Shown in pieces: positions 41,414-59,139 of a stretch of 64,000 nt of DNA (positions are counted from its first letter, which is position 1; each line of letters opens with the position of its first letter). Position numbers and translations under genes: made by a program. Below the pieces are notes generated by a model. That model saw only the letters and a list, made by a program, of their open reading frames with translations, was not told where the DNA came from and searched no databases. Origin of the DNA: the human T2T-CHM13v2.0 reference genome, Homo sapiens; assembly GCF_009914755.1 (NCBI RefSeq), contig NC_060930.1. One strand, written 5' to 3'.

Positions 41414-42955
41414 CTATATATACTCTTGTTTGGTCTGGCTACTTTCACTCAGCATATTTTGAGATTCATCTATGTTGTTGTCTATATCAATAGTTCATTC
41501 TTTTCTTTTGCTAAGTAGTATTCCATTATGTGGGTAGTACTACAGACTGCCTAATCCATTTATTAGTTGATGGACATTTGGTGGCTTTGAGCTCCTGAAC
41601 TCATGTAGTCCTCCTACCTCAGCCTCCCAAGTAGGTAGGAATATAGATGTGTGCCACTATGTCTGGCTATCACATAAATGTCTTTATATGGATGTATATT
41701 CCTTTGCTTCTGGGTAAATGCCTGCAAATGAAATGGCTGATCATATCATAGGTTGTATGTTTTAACTTTTTAAGAAACTGCCAAACTTTTCCAAAGTGGT
41801 TATATTGTTCAACATTCCTACCAGCAGTGTATGGAAGTTTCAGTTCCTCCATATCCTCACCAACACTTAGTATGGTTAGTCTTTTTAATTTTAGACCTTC
41901 TAATAGGTGTGTACTGATTCCTCATTATGGTTACAATTTGCATTTCTCTAATGACATTGAGCATCTTTTCATGAGCTTATTGCCATCCATGTATCTTCTT
42001 TGTTCAACCGTTGAAATTTTTTTGCCTATTTTTAAATTGGGTTTTTTTCTTTTGTTACTGATACTATTAATATCCTTTATTCTGGATACAAATCTTTTTC
42101 ATATTTATGTTTGCAAAGATTTTTTCTTGCTCTTTGACTTGTCTTTTTTATAACAGTGAGTTTTGAAGAGAAGTTTTTCATTTCAATGAAGTTCAGTTTA
42201 TCCATTTGTTCTTTATGCTTTTAAATATTTTTTCTGCATTTTCTTCAGGAAGTTTCATAGTTTCAGGGTTTATATTTATACTGATGATTTATGTAAATTT
42301 TTATATATGATATGGAGGTATACATCTGAGTTTATTATTTTCAAGCACCAGTAGTTGAAAAGGCTATCTTTCTTCACACTGCAGTGCCTTTGGGACTTTG
42401 TCAAAAGTCAGTTGTCCATATATGTGGGGGTTTTTTTTCTGGAGTTTATATTCTGTTGCATTGATCTGTTTGTCTGCTTTATGCCAATACCTCTTTTGAT
42501 TACATAAACTTTATAATAATTCTTGAAATCAGGTAGTGTTAATCCTTCAACTTTATTTTCAGAGTTGTTTTGGCTATTCTAGGCCCTTTTTATTTCAATA
42601 TGAGTTTTAGCATCAGTTTGTCAGTTTCTCCCAAAAATCCTGCTGGATTTGTGGTTGGGATTGCTGTGAATGTGTAGATTAACGGGAAAATTTACATCTT
42701 AACAATGTTGAGTCTTTCAATCTATGATAGAAGTGATCTCTCTTTAGGCCTTCTTTAATTTCTCTCAGCAAAATTTCATATTTTTTGTTGTATAGGTCTT
42801 TCACATGTTTTGTCAGATTTATCTCTAAGAAGTTAATATTGTTGATGCTACTTTAAAGGGTATTTAACCTTTGAAAATAGTATGTGATGGTTCATATATT
42901 GATTTTGTATCTGTAAACTTGGTAAACTTATTAGTTATAGTAACTTTATTATTTA

Positions 42956-43658
<703 letters not shown>

Positions 43659-43727
43659 CCAGACAATCATGATGTTTGTGAATGAAGACAGTTTTACTTC
43701 TTTCTCTCCACTTTAGATACCTTTTAT

Positions 43728-44326
<599 letters not shown>

Positions 44327-44550
44327 TACAATGTTGAATAGAGGTGGTGGGAGCAAACGTCCCTTTCTGTTGCTGATCTAAGAGGGCAAGCTTTCAGTCT
44401 TTCACCAGTAAGTATGAGATTAGCTATAGGTTTTTCACAGATGCTCTTGATTAGGTTAAGGAAGCCCCCTTTTATTTCTGGTTTGCTGAGTTTTTTGTTT
44501 TTTTTTTTTTTCAAATGAAGAATGAATGTTGAATTTTGTAAAATGCTTTT

Positions 44551-44707
44551 CCTTCCTTCCTTCCTTCCTTCCTTCCTTCCTTCCTTCCTTCCTTCCTTCC
44601 TTCCTTCCTTCCTTCCTTTCCTTCTTCCTTCCTTTCTCTCCTCTCCTCTCCTCTTCCTTTCTTCCTTTCTTCCGTTCTTCCTTTCTTCCTTTCTTCCTTT
44701 CTTCCTT
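44551..44707. repeat. (CCTT)17 plus degenerate pyrimidine tract
   Basis: Perfect CCTT 44551-44618 then CT-rich variants. Confidence 0.97.
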
Positions 44708-44923
44708 CTCACTCTGTCTCCCAGGCTAGAGTGCAGTGGCTTGATCTCAAGCTCACTGCAACTTCCGCCTCCTGAGTTCAAGTGATTCTCCTGCCTCAGC
44801 CTCCTCAGTAGCTGGGATTACAGGTGCCCACCTCTATGGCTGGCTAATTTTTGTATTTTTAGTGGAGACACAGGGTTTCACCATGTTGGTCAGGCCAGTC
44901 TCGAACTGAGACTGTGCCTGGCT
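44708..44923 (-). mobile_element. Alu with left-arm deletion
   Basis: ctcactctgtctcccaggctag...; TSD tgtaaaatg(c/t)tttt at 44537 and 44923 encloses both Alu and microsatellite. Confidence 0.88.
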
Positions 44924-45475
44924 GTAAAATGTTTTTTCTATGTCTGTTGAGATCATGTTGTTTTTCTCCTTTAATTCATTAATATAGTGAATTAATTACA
45001 CTGGTTGGGTTTCAAATGTTAAAGCAGTCATACAATTTTGGGATAAATTCCGTTTGGTTGTGATACATTCTATTTTTGGATAAAATTTTGCTTAGAATTT
45101 TTGCATCTACATTTCATCATGGATGTTGGTCTGTAGTTTTATCTTGTAATGTCTTTGTCTGGTTTTGTTATTAGAGTACTTCTGAACTCATAGAATGAGT
45201 TGGAAAGTATTCCCTTCCTCTTTAATTTTCTGTTAGGGGTTTGTTTAGAGTTGCTGTTGTTTCTTCTTTAAATGTTTGATGAGATTCATGAATGAAGCCA
45301 TCTACACAGGGAGTTTTCTTTGTCAGAGAGTTTTAACTGCAAATGCAATTTCTTTGATAATGATACACGGTTATTCAGAATATCTATTTCTTCTTGAGTG
45401 AGCTTGTCTTTTAGTGCGTTTGTCCATTTCCTCTAACTTGTATTTATGGCATAAAGTTGTTTATAACATTTCATC

Positions 45476-45632
45476 CGTCTCAGCTCACTGCAACCTCTGC
45501 CTCCTGGGTTCAAGTGATTCTCATGCCTCAGCCTCCTGAGTAGCAGGGATTACAGGCGCCGGCCACCACACTGGGCTAATTTTTGTATTTTTAGTAGAGA
45601 TGGGGTTTTACCATGTTGGCCAGGCTGGCCAG
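45476..45632 (-). mobile_element. Alu internal fragment
   Basis: tctcagctcactgcaacctctgcc...ggccaggctgg. Confidence 0.87.
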
Positions 45633-46620
45633 CATTTTATGCTTTTAATATGCATAAAACTGTAGTGAAGACACCTCTCATTTCTGATACTGATAATTTG
45701 TGTCTTTTTTTTTTTTCTCTAGTCAGTCTGGCTAGACATTTATCAACTTATTGATAATCTCAAAGACCCCTCTTTTGGGTTTCATGGCTTTTTTCTGTTT
45801 CATGAATTCTCACTTTAATCTTTATTTCCTTCCTTCTACTTTGAGTTTAATTTGTTCTTATTTTCTTTCTTAAGGTGGGAACTGAGTTTATTGATTTGAA
45901 ATCTTTTCTAATAAAGATTTAATGCTAAAATTTTTCACCTCGTTACTGCTTCAGTGGCAGCCTGCAAATTCTGCTGTGGTGGTGTTTTAATATCCATCTC
46001 TGCTAATTTCAACACCTCTGTCAGTTCTGAGTTGGTTGTGATTATTCTTTTCATGGTGGGTCAAGTTTTCTTACAACTTTGTGTATTTGATTATCTGTGT
46101 TTGGGTGGCAGATACTGTGAGATTTACTTTGTTGGGTGCCATGTATTTCTGTAAATGTACAAATCTTGAGCTTTGTTCTAAGATGCAGTTAAGTTACTTG
46201 GAAGCAATTTTGTCTTTTGGAATTGTGCTTTTATGGTGTGTGTGTGTTTAAAAGTGGGTTTGGAGAGGTGCTCAATGTAGAGTTAATTGTTCTCTACTTC
46301 CAAGATAAAACCTTCTTGAGTACTCTATGCAATGCTCCTGAATTATGAGTTTTTCCAGTCTGACATTGGGCACAGGCACTATTCCTTGCCCTGTCTATGT
46401 GCGTCTCAAGCCCTGTCAAAACAATCCATTACGATGGTTCTTTGCCTGGCATCAGATAGTTTTTTCGTATGCATGTGCTGACCTGTACTTGGCTGAATAA
46501 TCAGGATCCTCTCCTGATATATAACTCTTCCTTGTGTGTTTTTCTGTTCTGTGAACTCTAGCTGCTTTGTTCTCATCAGGCCTCTTAGCTTATTTCCTCA
46601 ACTTACCACATCTGCTGAGT

Positions 46621-46787
46621 AGGACCAGCTATATAATTAGCAGGGCCCAGTGTAAAATGAAAATGTGAGCCTTTGTTAAAAAATTATTTAGTTTCTTAAA
46701 ATTCTAATTTTAATCAGATCATTAAACCAAGCACTGCACCCTTCGGAGCTGCAGCTGCACAGGTTACATGCCTACCAAGCCAGGGCT
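46621..46787. mobile_element. MER45A-like
   Basis: gggcccagtgtaaaatgaaaatgtg...gcacaggttacatgcc. Confidence 0.7.
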
Positions 46788-48478
46788 ACTGCTGTACTCC
46801 ACTTCATGTTCCCTTCTCTGTTCCATGGCCCAGTAATTCTCTTCAAGGCAATAAGCCAAGACAATTGTAGGGCTGGTCTCCTTTGTTTCCCATCTCTCAG
46901 AGGTCACTGTCTTTTTTTTTTTTTTGCTAGATATCCAGAGTCATGAAAATTGTAATTTTTGTCTGTTTTTATTTGTTTTTGTTTCAGGCAGGAAGAGAAA
47001 TCCAGTCCCTGTTAACCTGCCTCGCTTGGATGTAGTTGTTTTTAATGTACATTTTGTTTAAGGACCTTGTAGTAGCTGCTTTTGTGTCAGACTAGGCAAA
47101 GATTTCCCTATTTGGCCTCTTGGCTTGGTGCCTTGTTTAGAGCTGTTTGGGTAAAATCTCTCTTGTATCATTTGCTGATCTGTTTTCCAATTTGTTTTCC
47201 TGGTAACCATCAACTCATTTTCTGAATTGTATCACTTGATTTGAAGCAAGTATTAGCTTCCTGCTTGAAACCACTCTACCCTTATTCTTCTTTCTGCTGC
47301 ATTTAACTGCAAACTGCAATGGGTGAGGACAATTCTCTTCTTCCACCTCCTGCACAATACATCCCCTTGCAGTACAATTTGATCGGCATTTGTGCAGTAA
47401 GGTATTAACAGCTTTTCAGATATGCCCTGCCCTATTAGCAAGAATATACAGTGATACAAAAATGAATTTGTCAAGAGTTTTATGACTTCATGATCTATCG
47501 TACAATATTAATCCTGCTGCAGTGTTATTAAGTCATTTTTCATCTCCCCTCAAATTAATGTTGACGTTCTATTACTGGATTTGTTCTTGTCCCCAGATTA
47601 AAACATAAAGGAAAAAAGCCTTCCCTGCTGCAATATTAAAATTAATTGTAGGGTAAGCAGTACCTAGCTTGGTGAAGTAGATTCCTGCTGGAAAATTTAT
47701 AATGGGAATTTATTTCTCTGCTTTCTATTTGTTCTTGTGCACAAAAAAGCACAATTGGAATATACTTCTGAGGGCACCAGGAGAACATAGCAAGGAGCAG
47801 GGGGTACATTTAAAGTACTGAGTTTCCTAAAAGGGAAATGAGGAATCAGTGGTCTGAGCCTAAGGCAACCATACCTAGCTGGTAGTTCCAGCCTAGAGGC
47901 TGATAGGGATGCTTGTGGTGATAGATGTATAGGTAGAACAATTTTGGCTGACTTAGGATGGTATTTTCTTCATAGGAATAGCGTGTTTCTTGTATTTCAA
48001 GACATTTGGGGCACTTAAACAAAAACTACAACATGGTGAGGTCAACAGTTATAAATCACAGTACGACCTTGTTCAGGACTCTGGAATGAGAAGACAGCTG
48101 TTATCTTTGTTTCAGATTTGGACTAAGTGATGCTGTTCAGTGAATATTCTCTTTTAAAAATAACTGTTTTCACCCATATTGAAGCCAGGATCATCAGCTT
48201 CATGTCTGTGACCACTGTAGTGAGATCTTAGGGTATTGTGATTTTTGGTCATGGTTAGGTAGGTGCTTTAGAATGCTCATTGTTACTGTAGGAGGATCAT
48301 GGAATTCTCAGTAAGTTTTGTTATAAATTCTAAATTTAAAATTTGTAATATGTAAATATATATGTGTATGTTTTTGATGGGAAACACCAAAATATATAGT
48401 GTTTGACTCTGGGTGGTGGCTTGTGGGGAAATAATATTATTTAAAAAATTTTTCCTTGTAGAAGGTCAACATGAGTTG

Positions 48479-49090
48479 TGTAAACCGAAGAGTGTCTGAG
48501 ATAAGTCTCAATTTAGGAAGTTTATTTTGCCAGGGTTAAGGATGCACCTGTTACAAAGCCTTGGAAGGTCCTAATGCCATGTGCCCAACGTGGTCAGGGC
48601 ACACACAGCTTGGTTTTATATATTTTAAGGAGACATGATACATCAGTCAGTATATGTAAGATTTACAGTGGTTCAGTTTGGACAACTCAAAGTGGGGAGA
48701 GGGCTTCTGGGTCATAAGCAGGTAAATGACAGTTTCATTCTTTTGAGTTTCTGATTAAGGTTTCACAGAATACGCCATTTACAAGGATAGTCATTTATGC
48801 CTTAGTCTGGCTTAGTGAAACAATAGGGCAAAGGAAGCAATCAGATGTGCGTTTGTCTCATGTGAGCAGAGGGACAACTTTGAGTTCTGTCTTCTGTCTG
48901 TCCTTTGTCCACAAGGAATTTCCTTGTGGGCAAATGGTGAGGGAGGTATGTAGCTTTTTTTTTTTTTAATCTTTGTATGTATCTTATTTAGGGATAGAAT
49001 AAGAGTCAGGTTTGCCATATGCAGTTCCCAGCTTGACTTTTTCCTTTGGCTTAGTGATTTTGGGGTCCCGAGATATATTTTCCTTTCACA
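48479..49090 (-). mobile_element. MER4A-like ERV1 solo LTR
   Basis: TG...CA termini, 4-bp TSD GTTG (48475-48478/49091-49094), minus-strand start TGTGAAAGGAAAAT. Confidence 0.88.
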
Positions 49091-49189
49091 GTTGTGCAAT
49101 AAAAATGTAGCCAATTATATATATTTTTATATTTGTAAATGACATAAGCAGTGGAGCAGCCTTCTAGAGGGTGAAAGATGATGCAAATA

Positions 49190-50686
<1,497 letters not shown>

Positions 50687-51921
50687 ACTTTGGGCAGTGC
50701 AATGAAAAAAGCTGAAGGATAATTATTTATTTCATGATTGCATCATCCTTCACTGTAGGTGATTCCATCATTTTTCTTTTTTGGGTTATAGTCTTTTTGA
50801 AAGCACAGTTGGATATAATTGATGAGTAGTGGTAAACTATCTGGATGATGAAATGTTAACATGTTTCAAGATATAGGAAAAATAAGATCGCTAAACTTCC
50901 ATAATGTGTCTTATATTTATAAAGTGAGTCTATTGGACCAATATGGTAATTGCAAGATAGAGCATGAAATTTCTTGCAGTGACTCAAAAGTATAAAGGTC
51001 ATGAAATGCCAATTCTTACAATTAGTTAGAACTGCTGAGAAAGAAACTAAAACAAAAATTGAGTCAGATGAACTAAGTGTTAAGAGCTTTAAAGGTAAAA
51101 CTGTCCAGGTTTCCCGTTGTACATATGAGAAGAGGGAGTATATTATCAGTGGCAGAGCCATGGGTTGGAATGGGGGCTCAGATGTGCAGTCTTAGCTTTC
51201 ACATTCCCTCAGGTGGTACTAGAAAGCAAACTAAAAATTTGAACAACAGTCACTCCCTTGTGAGTTCCTCTATAGTTGATGGTAGGATGTGAAGGTGGTA
51301 CTTTCTGAAAACATTTAAATTGTATATGATTACATAATTTGAACAAAGCAGTGTATCACTGCTAAAAGCTAGTTGGCAGAAACTTTTGTCTTAAAAGTGA
51401 TTTATTTAAAACTTCTACTGAAGCCCAGTGGACTTCTACATTCCAGCATCCAGGTGTCCAGTACTCTCATCTATAAGAGTGAGCTACTCGTCTAGAGGCT
51501 AAGGCAAGTTTCAGCTAGATCCAGCTAAGCTGGTCTGAACTAGTGGAATGAGCCAGTTGTAGCTGTTGTCATTGCATCTCCCTTTTGAGACTATGGAAGC
51601 CTAGGACTTAGTCTGTTAATTATCAGAGAGGTCATTGCTGTATGTGTTACGTGTTCATGGGGCTACTGCAGCAGTTATACTTTTTTCAGCAGTCTCAAAA
51701 AGTTGAATGTGAAAAATGTCTGAAAAAATTAAAAAGGGATGTTTTATTTCTAATTGTTCAATGATATAAGACTTCCAGTACTTTAGTTTTACTTTCTCTC
51801 AGTCTTTAGTTTATTAAATAAAGATCTATAAACTAGGCAATGAGTGTTTATTGAGCATCAGGTATGTAAGGCACTAGAGGAATGTGATACTCAAGGGAAT
51901 TCTTTTATAAAATAAAATTTC

Positions 51922-52048
51922 AGCTGGGTGTAGTGGCATGTGCCTGTAGTCACGGCTTCTTAGGAGGCTGAGATAGGAGGATCACTTGTGTCCAGGAGTT
52001 TGAGGCCAGCCTGGGCAACGTAGCAAAATAAAAATAAAATAAAACAAA
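51922..52048 (+). mobile_element. Free Alu monomer (FLAM-like)
   Basis: gctgggtgtagtggcatgtgcctgtagtc...ggagtttgaggccagcctgggcaac + A-rich tail. Confidence 0.8.
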
Positions 52049-52103
52049 CATTTCTTTGTAATGAAATAACTCAGTTTAACAAATACTGATACATTAAGAA
52101 CCT

Positions 52104-52445
<342 letters not shown>

Positions 52446-52804
52446 AAGTAAAGTTTAGGTTGGTGTTATTACTTAAGGTTCACAGTGCCACCAACATACA
52501 AAGCACATGTAGTTGAAAAGTAAAAAGAGGAATAGATAAAGGAGAATTAAGTTAGAAGAGGTAGATGAGACAGGAGAGGCAGATGTTTGTCAAATTGTGA
52601 AGCTATGTGGAATTTGCTTTTATTATTCTAGTCTCTTTTTATGCCTGAAATATTTTGTAATCTCAGATCTATCCATCCATCTAACAAGTCTTTATCAAGC
52701 ACCTCCTGTGCTAAAAGCATTTTGTTGCTGTCCCAAGACTGAAACAGATAACCAGCTCTCTCAGGGACATTTGTATTTTAAAAGGAAAACACAAAAGTAG
52801 ACAT

Positions 52805-53080
52805 TGTCTGCAGATACGTTTGATTTGGCCTGCAGTGTTTTCAAAGTAGGGGAGATGTCACATAAATTCTGAGTTTGGGTTCTCTTTACAAAATATAATT
52901 TTTTTTTTCTTTTTACATTTCTTTGTGGCTCTGGTTGGCAGGAGTTGAGTAGATATTGCCCATTAGACTGGCAGGTATCCTTGAGTTTGCCAGTCTAAAC
53001 TACTGCCTGTTGTCCTGAGCCTAGCTTACTTTACTCACTTACATTACCTGCCTTATCCTTTAGACATTTGAGTTTGTGGT
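52805..53080. mobile_element. MER102-like
   Basis: ctgcagatacgtttgatttggcctgcagtgtttt...cacttacattacctgcc...gacatttgagtttg. Confidence 0.7.
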
Positions 53081-55660
53081 CTGTTAAGTGACTGAGCTCT
53101 CATGGGATTCACCAGCTGTTACCTAGGTGAGTATTTGAATGGATTTTTGGGGTGGTGGCAGTGGTTGCATGTTATAGGCACCAGAAATTATGTTCAGTAA
53201 GCCACTACCAGTACCTGCTGTGCAAAGAAACATCTTCCTTGGGGAGTGAAGAACTAACCACCAGTTTTCTTGTGACATTTGTTGGTTTTTTTATCCTTAG
53301 TTTAGTGGATAAAAATAAGCGTTTAATTAGTGAAAACCCGACTACCTCCCAACCCCGTCTGTCCAGCTTTATGTTGACCTGGCTTTTAAAATCATTTATG
53401 TATTTATTTTCGCATTTTCGCAGTTCATTTAGTCTTCTTTCTCTATTTAGGAAAGTTTAATCATTATAGCAAAGGATGAGTCTCTGAAGAAGGGAGGATT
53501 GTTATATTATTTAACTATCCATACTTAACCAGGAAGGAGCATATTTTCCCCTCATTAAGAAGCCTAAGTATTAAAAAGCAATTAATACTTTATTAAAACC
53601 ACAGTTACACCAACCTAATAAGTGACAACTATGTCAGTGGAAAAAAAAAATCTAGAATGTTTACTGAATGTTCCAGGCACAGGGAATACAAAGATAAGTA
53701 AGACATGGACTCATTCAGATAGCCCACAACTTATCAGTGTCAAAATTTACATTTCCTGAATATAGGGCAATGATTTATCTCTGAGAATTAATAGCCTTGA
53801 AAATATTTAAGAATATTTAGGCTGGAGTGGGACTTTACTTTGAATCAGATTGTGTTACCTGCTGTAAAGTGTGAAATTTAATCCCAGTTCTAGAAAACAT
53901 TATAAACTCAGAACAAAGGAGTGGAGTTAGAAGTGAGTGGCCAGTGGAACTCTCAGCATGAGAGAAATTCATTTTTGTGATCTGATGAGTCAGAGGTTGC
54001 GGGTGGTGATGTTCAGAGGAATACATTTCTAGATTTTGGAAAAAATGATTCAGTTTTGAATTTGCTCAAGAAGTCCTCCTAGTAACAATATCTAGCATTT
54101 CTTTCAATTGGTGAGTATTAACCAAAAATGTTTACAATCAAATAAGAAGTTAGTAGTAGGCATAGAATTCATTTTATAGAAACTTTAGACCCTGGAGTGA
54201 ATTATTCTGATAAAGATGATGATACCTATAATTGTGTGTGTTAGTGGGACTATAAATCTGAATCTATAAATCTAAAAATGTAGTAGGCATCTCAGTGAAG
54301 TGATTGTACCCTTTCAAATGGTTGTTCCAACTCACCTGCAGAACCTTTGTAAACTTTAAATACCCTGGCCCTGCCCCAGACTTAGTGACTCTAAATCTTA
54401 ACCCCTGTGTAAGCACTGCTGTTCTGCCACAGAATTTCTGAGATCATTTGCTAGCACTTTGTTGAATCAGGATGGAGAGAGGGGAGAGGAGCAGGAGCCA
54501 GATACTCAGGTTGGGGTGACATGCCAATTCTCCTCACTGGAAAGTGGCACAGATGTAGTGACCCTCGGTCATGGTTTGTTTGGTCTCAGCTGCCCTTTCT
54601 TTAGAAAGTTGCATTATTACTGTTGGACATGCCTTCAAAATGAAATATCCTCTTTAAAATAAGCTCTTTTGAATAGATTTAGTATTTTCCGGGAATAAAT
54701 TCTGAGTTTCTCAGGCAAGTCCAGAACTAAACTAATTACTTGCATATTCTTACTCTTACAGAAGCATGCTTTAAAAACTACTGGTTAAAGTTATTGCAGT
54801 TAGAAGGAAATATTGTGTGAATTAAATTTTTTAAAAAAAGTTTTTAATGCTTCCTTAGAAGAAAATATTAATTTTGCCAATAAGTAGAAAAAACTGGAAG
54901 CAAAGTTCCTATAGTAACGTTATCTTTGCCTTTACACAGCTGCATTATTATTACCCCATTGGCCTGTGTGATTAATGCTTTTTCCTCACAACTGTGGAAG
55001 CACATAGGATTCTTTCTGTATCACTGCATATGAACTTCAATGCTGCTTTCCTAGTAAGCTGTGTAAATATGTGGTCTCAATATGTATCTCCAGTTTGACC
55101 TTTATGCTTTTACTCCTGCCAAACTTTGTCCTTGCTGTGGTATCTCACTACATCTATTGCAAACTTTTCCTCATCTGCCAGAAATGTCATTGCTCTAAAA
55201 ATTTTTATTTTGTCTTTGTATCTCGCAATTCCTGACATTATGCATTATTTTCCCCCATGTAGTTCAAGCTGTTCATTTTCTCTCAGTAAAGCTTCTGTTT
55301 ATAAGCTTACTGTTTTTTGTTGTTTTGCAAAATTAAAATATATTGCTTCCTAAATGCTTATTTGGCTCCCTGTCTTTGAAGCCAGCCTCATTCTGAGTTA
55401 AAACAAATATCTTACATTGATTTGTCTTCATAGTTCTTCTGGTTCCTCTTGTTCCTGTTGGTTATTTAAGGATGTGGCCTTAACTTAGATTCTTAGCTCC
55501 TCCTTTCCTCCCTCCTTCCAACATTATTGAATATTTGCTCTATGTTAGGGACTCTTTTGGTCTCCAGAAATAGAGCAGAGAGCAGCTTCCTGAGTGGTGT
55601 GCTTGTTCGCATGTTTTTTTAAGGGTCTAGTTTTATTCATTCCACAAATATTTAGCTGAA

Positions 55661-55957
55661 TTTTTTTTTTTTGAGACAGAGTCTTGCTCTGTCACCCAGG
55701 CTGGAGTGCAGTGGTGCGGTCTCAGCTCACTGCAATTTCCACTCCTGGTTTCAAGCAATTCTCCTCCCTCAGCCTTCCCAGTAGTAGCTGGGATTACAGG
55801 CACCTGCCACCATGCCTGGCTAATTTTTTGTATTTTTAGTAGAGACAGGGTTTTGCCATATTGGCCAGGCGGGCCTCAAACTCCTGACCTAAGGTGACCT
55901 GCCTGCCTTGGCCTCCCACAGTGCTGGGATTATAGGCATGAGCCACCATGCCCAGCC
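55661..55957 (-). mobile_element. Alu (AluS)
   Basis: Full Alu; tagctgaa flanks; sits in an L2-like remnant. Confidence 0.92.
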
Positions 55958-56039
55958 TAGCTGAACATTTAAGGTATACCAGGTACTATCCTAGCATAGG
56001 GATATAGCAGAAAATAAAACTGGCAAAGTCTCTATCTTA

Positions 56040-56374
56040 AAATACCTTGGTTTGGGTGGCTAAAACAATAAATTTATTCCTCATAATACTACTGAAGGCT
56101 GGGAAGTCCAAGATTACATGCTGGCTATTGTTGGGTTCCTGGTGAAGACCCTCTCCTTGGTTTACAGACACCTTCTTGCTGTGTCCACATGGCAGAGAGA
56201 GAGAGAAAGAGATCAGCTCTCTTGTTTCTTTTTATAAGGGCACTGATCCCATTCGTAAGAACTCTACCTTCATGACCTAAATAGCCCCACAAGTCACCAC
56301 TTTCTAATACCATACATTGAGGAATAGGCTTTAACATACGAATTTTGGGGGGACACAAACATTCAGTCCGTAGC
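56040..56374 (-). mobile_element. MLT1A-like LTR
   Basis: ggctgggaagtccaagat...tataagggcactgatcccattc...ggggacacaaacattcagtccgtagca. Confidence 0.85.
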
Positions 56375-56800
56375 AATAGATAAAGAGCAAGCCACATAAG
56401 TTATCTGGGGAAAGAGTGTTAGGCAGAGGTGACACCAATTGCAAGGGCCATGAAACTGGGAGTGTTCCAAGATGGGTTCAGGAACAGCCAAGAAGCCAGT
56501 GTTGGCTGGCACGGTAGTTTTTGTGATTTTAGTTTTTGTGATTTTATTTGCATTTAAATCTGGAATCCATCTGGATGTTAATGAAATGAAATGCTGTTTC
56601 TAGAAGAAGGTTGTTGAAGTAATACTCTAGAAAGTTAGGATGCAGAGCCAGAGGCACAGTGCTCACCTGATCTGGGACATGGAGCAGTTTTCTCGAAGAG
56701 TTTCAAGAAAAGATACCATAACGGAGACGAGCCTTGTCTCATGCTTCTTATATTTATCCTCTGGGAGGATTTCGTTGGCTGTTACTGGTATAGCCCAGGA

Positions 56801-56990
56801 CAGTGGTTCTCTAACTTTAGGGCTGAATCAGCATCATCTGGAGGGCTTGTTAAACTATAGACTGTTAACTAAGTAAGTCCCACCTCCAGAATTTGACTCT
56901 CTAGGTCTGGGTAAGAGCTGGAGAATTTTCGTTTTTAGTAAGTTTTCAGGTGATGGTGATAGTCCTGGACAATACTTTGAGAATCACTGG
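56801..56990. mobile_element. MER5A
   Basis: cagtggttctctaacttt...tactttgagaatcactgg. Confidence 0.82.
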
Positions 56991-57281
56991 CCTAGGGGTT
57001 CTGAGCTTAAGCTCTGGAATGAGAGTTTTGCATTCAAATTTCTGTTCTGGTATTTACTAGGCTATGATTTGGGGTACTTTTGTGTGTATATTCCCCCTCC
57101 CCTCAAGCCACAGTTTGCTTTCTTTGAACCCAGGGTATGTACTTCCTAGAGCCACTGTGAAGACTAAAGAGAAATACTGTATTTGAAATAGCACATAATT
57201 GAAACCTGGCAAGTGCTCCTAATAAATATGAGTTGCTGGTGCTTTTACTGAGCTCTCTTTTTGGTTAGAGTGTGTCTGACC

Positions 57282-57570
57282 CAGTGCTGCTCAATAAAAA
57301 TATGTAACATAATTTTAAAACTTCTAGTAGCCATATAAGCAAAATCAAAACAAGGCAAAATAAATGAATAATTTTAACACAACATACATGAAATATTTTA
57401 AAATATAATCAGTATAAAAGTATTAAGGTTTTAAAATATTATTTTCTTTATACTAAATCACTTAATTTGGTGTGTCTTTTGTACTTAAGCACGTTTCAGT
57501 TCAGACCAGTCACATTTTAAGTGCTTAATAGCCACATGTGGCCAATGACAGCTGTTTCACATGGTACCAG
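57282..57570. mobile_element. MER33-like
   Basis: cagtgctgctcaata...ttctagtagcca...aagtgcttaatagccacatgtggc. Confidence 0.75.
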
Positions 57571-58082
57571 TTTAACCAGCACTCTTCCTCACCCTTTCCT
57601 CTTGGCCACCTCCATTACAGATTCTTAGTCTAATTAGTTATAGACGTGGAAGTAAGCTTGTTTTAGTTAATGCACAAAGAATGACCCCAGGCATGGCAGG
57701 CATCCTTGACAGGCTTTTCTGTCTCTTAAAAGTTCAGTCAGGGATAAGAGTTTGTCTTTGTGGGAGTCAGTTTTCACTAAGGATGTCATGTCACTTATAA
57801 CCCAATGTCCTTTGAAAGATCTCTTTTTTTAAGTTCTGTGGGTTTGAATATTTCCCACTGGAGGAGGGTCTCTGGAAACCTCAGGAGTCTAAGGAATAAC
57901 TCCGCCTGATTCTTAAAAGCTAGTCACGTGTGCTAACATTGGTTTCCAGAACTCAGCGTCTTGACTCATTGGACAGGCATTTTCCCTCTGTGTGTCTGTG
58001 GAGACTGTTGTGAAGGAGGATCCCCTTAGGATTTGTGATTATTTTTATTTTATTAATTTAATTTAATTTTTTTCATTTTTAA

Positions 58083-58577
<495 letters not shown>

Positions 58578-59139
58578 TAATCTTTTAGCTTTTATATTAT
58601 AAGCTACTCAATGAAATCCTACCAGAAGGAGTTTTGGTTATTAAACTTTTGTATTTGTTCAGGATTCTTTTGACATTTAACCCATTTGAAAATAAATATA
58701 TGAAATGTTAAGATTTTTTTGCCTGTGGTGATAAATCATGTTTGGTAATACCTTTAAATTTATAAATGGACAATGTGATTTGCATTTTTTTGAAAATACT
58801 TTATTCTTGCTGACTGGCTTTTTAAAAAATTGATTGGGACTTTTCTTGCAACTTATGTAACAAGTTTGGGAACTGTGTTGTTTCTTAGACTAGGCTTTTA
58901 AATTCACTCACCCTTGAAGGGCTCTCTTTTGAATTTGTATTTCTAGGTAGTATTTCCTATGCTTACAAAAAAAGGAATTTTTTGTCTTTGCTGCCCATCA
59001 TGTATCAGCATTTAATTTATCTTTTGCTACTGAGAGAAAATGATGATTTGGGTGTGTTTGGCAATAGAAGCAAAACCTAGTATAGTGCAAATAAATGAAA
59101 AGAGTGGAGCTCCCACAATCATTCTTCTCCTCTATCAAC

